64,000 bases of DNA, taken from assembly GCA_017744285.1 (NCBI GenBank), contig JAGIBP010000017.1, positions 5,634 through 69,633 on the forward strand. Reading direction: 5' to 3'. Shown one piece after another: positions 62,013-64,000 of this stretch (position 1 is the first letter of the stretch; each line of letters starts with the position of its first letter). Position numbers and translations under genes: made by a program. The notes beneath the pieces are model-generated. The model worked only from the letters and a program-made list of their open reading frames with translations. It did not search any database and was not told where the DNA came from. The DNA is from Variovorax sp. (GTDB lineage: Bacteria; Pseudomonadota; Gammaproteobacteria; Burkholderiales; Burkholderiaceae_C).

Positions 62013-62066
62013 AATAAAAAACGGGCGGTGAGTACCCGCCCGTTTGGTCGTGAGCCTTGAATTATA
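62013..62066 (-). promoter_or_regulatory. rimP operon promoter (-10 TATAAT) and leader terminator-like hairpin
   Basis: TATAAT at 62066-62061; AAACGGGCGG-N7-CCGCCCGTTT followed by a T-run on the minus strand. Confidence 0.75.
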
Positions 62067-62159
62067 TGCCAATGCGTTAAGAAATAGTGCTTTCTACGCT
62101 TTCGCGCACCGGCAACCTCGGGACAGATGCAGTTTCGGTTTCGCCACTCGAAATCTTGC

Positions 62160-63779
62160 TCAATCCACCAGCGCCGCAGCGACCAGTTTCTGGGTGTACG
62201 GGTGTTTGGGCGCGTCCAGAACTCGCTCCATCGGCCCGGATTCGAGGATCTCGCCGTCCTTCATGACGACCACCTGGTGCGCCATGGCGCGGATCACCTC
62301 GACGTCGTGGGTGATCAGCAGGTAGCTCAACCCCCGTTCGCGCTGCAGGCGTTGCAGCAGGCCGAGAACCTGCTTCTGGATGGTCACGTCCAGCGCGCTG
62401 GTCGGCTCGTCGAGCACCAGCAGCCGCGGATCGACGATCAGCGCGCGCGCGACCGCCAGGCGCTGGCGCTGGCCGCCGGAGAACTCGTGCGGGTAGCGAT
62501 CGAGCAGCGCAGGAAACTGGGCCTCGGTCAGCCCGACCTGGGCGAGCACCTCGAGCGCCCTCGCACGACGTGCCCCAGCGTCGAGCTCGGGTGCATGCAC
62601 CGCCAACCCCTCGCCGACGATCTGCTCGACGGTCATCCGGGGCGACAGGGACGAGAACGGGTCCTGGAACACCACCTGCATCACCCGGCGCAGGGCCCGG
62701 TCGCTCGCACCGCCGGAATTCCAGCGCCTGCCGGCCACGTCGATCTCGCCCTGGTATTTGAGCAAGCCGAGGGCGGCGAGCGCCAGCGTGGACTTGCCCG
62801 AACCCGATTCGCCAACGACACCCAGGGTTTCGCCGGGCGCGATGCTGAAATCGGCGCCCCGCACGGCCACGAACTCGCCCTTTCGGAACCAGCCTCGGAA
62901 GCCCGGCTGCGGGACCGGATAGCTCACACGCAGCGATCTCGCGGCCAGCACCGGAGCCGCCCCGCCTTCGCGGACGGGTTCGACGTCCCGGGTCGGCCGG
63001 CTGTCGATCAGCTTGCGGGTGTAGGCGTGCCGCGGCGCCTCGAACACGCTCGACACCGCGCCCTGCTCCACGATGTGCCCGCTCTCCATCACGGCCACGC
63101 GGTCCGCGAAGCGGCGGACCAGGTTGAGGTCGTGCGTGATCAGCAGGACCGCCATGCCGTACCGGCGCTGCAGGTCGGCCAGCAGGTCGAGGATCTGCCC
63201 GCGCACCGTGACGTCGAGCGCGGTGGTCGGTTCGTCGGCCAGCAGCAGGCGCGGCCGGCAGGCCAGGGCCATCGCGATCATGGCGCGCTGGCGCTGGCCG
63301 CCCGACAACTGGTGCGGGAACGAGCGGGCCCGGCGCGCGGGCTCCGGAATCCCGGTATCGGCCAGCAGCTGAACGGCCGCCGCGTGCGCCGCCTGCGACG
63401 ACAGGGCCTGGTGCAGCTCGAGCACCTCGGCGATCTGGTCGCCCACCGTATAGAGGGCGTTGAGCGCGGTCATCGGCTCCTGGAAGATCATCGCGATCTC
63501 CTTGCCGCGGATGGCGCGCAGCCGCGATTCGGGCAGGGCCAGCAGGTCGGACGCGGCGCCATTCGCTTCACTGCTCGCGAAGCGGGCGCTCCCCGCAAGG
63601 TCCGCGTTCTGGACCAGCCGCAGCAGGCTCAGGGCCGTGACCGTCTTGCCGGAGCCCGACTCGCCAACGAGCGCGAGTTTCTCGCCCGGCGCGATCTGGA
63701 AATCGATGCCGTGCACCACCGCCTTGCCGCCGAATGCGACGCGCAGGCCCCGGACATCGAGCAGCGGCTGGCGATTCAT
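62160..63779 (-). CDS. yejF: Peptide ABC transporter ATP-binding protein, two ATPase domains (YejF-like)
   Basis: Two GESGSGK Walker A and SGGQRQR motifs. Confidence 0.88.
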   Translation of the reverse strand: MNRQPLLDVRGLRVAFGGKAVVHGIDFQIAPGEKLALVGESGSGKTVTALSLLRLVQNADLAGSARFASSEANGAASDLLALPESRLRAIRGKEIAMIFQEPMTALNALYTVGDQIAEVLELHQALSSQAAHAAAVQLLADTGIPEPARRARSFPHQLSGGQRQRAMIAMALACRPRLLLADEPTTALDVTVRGQILDLLADLQRRYGMAVLLITHDLNLVRRFADRVAVMESGHIVEQGAVSSVFEAPRHAYTRKLIDSRPTRDVEPVREGGAAPVLAARSLRVSYPVPQPGFRGWFRKGEFVAVRGADFSIAPGETLGVVGESGSGKSTLALAALGLLKYQGEIDVAGRRWNSGGASDRALRRVMQVVFQDPFSSLSPRMTVEQIVGEGLAVHAPELDAGARRARALEVLAQVGLTEAQFPALLDRYPHEFSGGQRQRLAVARALIVDPRLLVLDEPTSALDVTIQKQVLGLLQRLQRERGLSYLLITHDVEVIRAMAHQVVVMKDGEILESGPMERVLDAPKHPYTQKLVAAALVD

Positions 63780-64000
63780 TGGTCGACCTTTCGCGGATCG
63801 AGCGCGTCGCGCAGGGCATCGCCCATGAAGGTGAGCAGCATCAACGTGACCACGAGCACGCCGAAGGTCGACAGCGAGATCCACCAGGCGTCGATGTTCG
63901 CCTTGCCCTGGCTCAGCAACTCGCCGAGCGACGGCGTGCCCGGCGGCACGCCCAGGCCGAGGAAATCGAGCGAAGTCAGCGCGAGGATGGCCGCGCTCAT
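63776..64000 (-). CDS. yejE: Peptide ABC transporter permease, C-terminal fragment (YejE-like)
   Basis: LDFLGLG.PPG.PSLGELL, GDALRDALDPRK. Confidence 0.85.
   Translation of the reverse strand: MSAAILALTSLDFLGLGVPPGTPSLGELLSQGKANIDAWWISLSTFGVLVVTLMLLTFMGDALRDALDPRKVDQ

Overview
GC-rich betaproteobacterial chromosome segment. Gene content and order point to Comamonadaceae, most likely Variovorax (inference). About 67 CDSs. I recognised no rRNA, tRNA, CRISPR array, IS or integrase. Core blocks are mltG-tmk-holB-pilZ-tatD, guaB-guaA, smpB/ratA/rnfH, rimP-nusA-infB-rbfA-truB-typA and yejE-yejF. Accessory modules are a Co-type nitrile hydratase operon behind an Fe-ADH, a Cache-HK/NarL-RR/cstA/yjiX locus, a cyclase-FHA gene, a TadA fused to a degenerate haloalkane-dehalogenase domain, an HK/RR/HbpS/ankyrin locus with candidate operators, an Xre-RES toxin-antitoxin pair, an AtuC/AtuF-like carboxylase, topoisomerase IB and an ECF sigma/anti-sigma/lipoprotein unit. 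The best candidate for an undescribed system is the tightly coupled heme/flavin operon at 1-6798, truncated on the left. It encodes a RoxA-like cytochrome tail, an atypical GMC oxidoreductase, a small beta-rich protein, a membrane-anchored tandem-HFAR protein, a DyP peroxidase and a catalase-fold protein whose distal His appears replaced by Asn. Family calls come from recognising motifs by eye; no database search was run.
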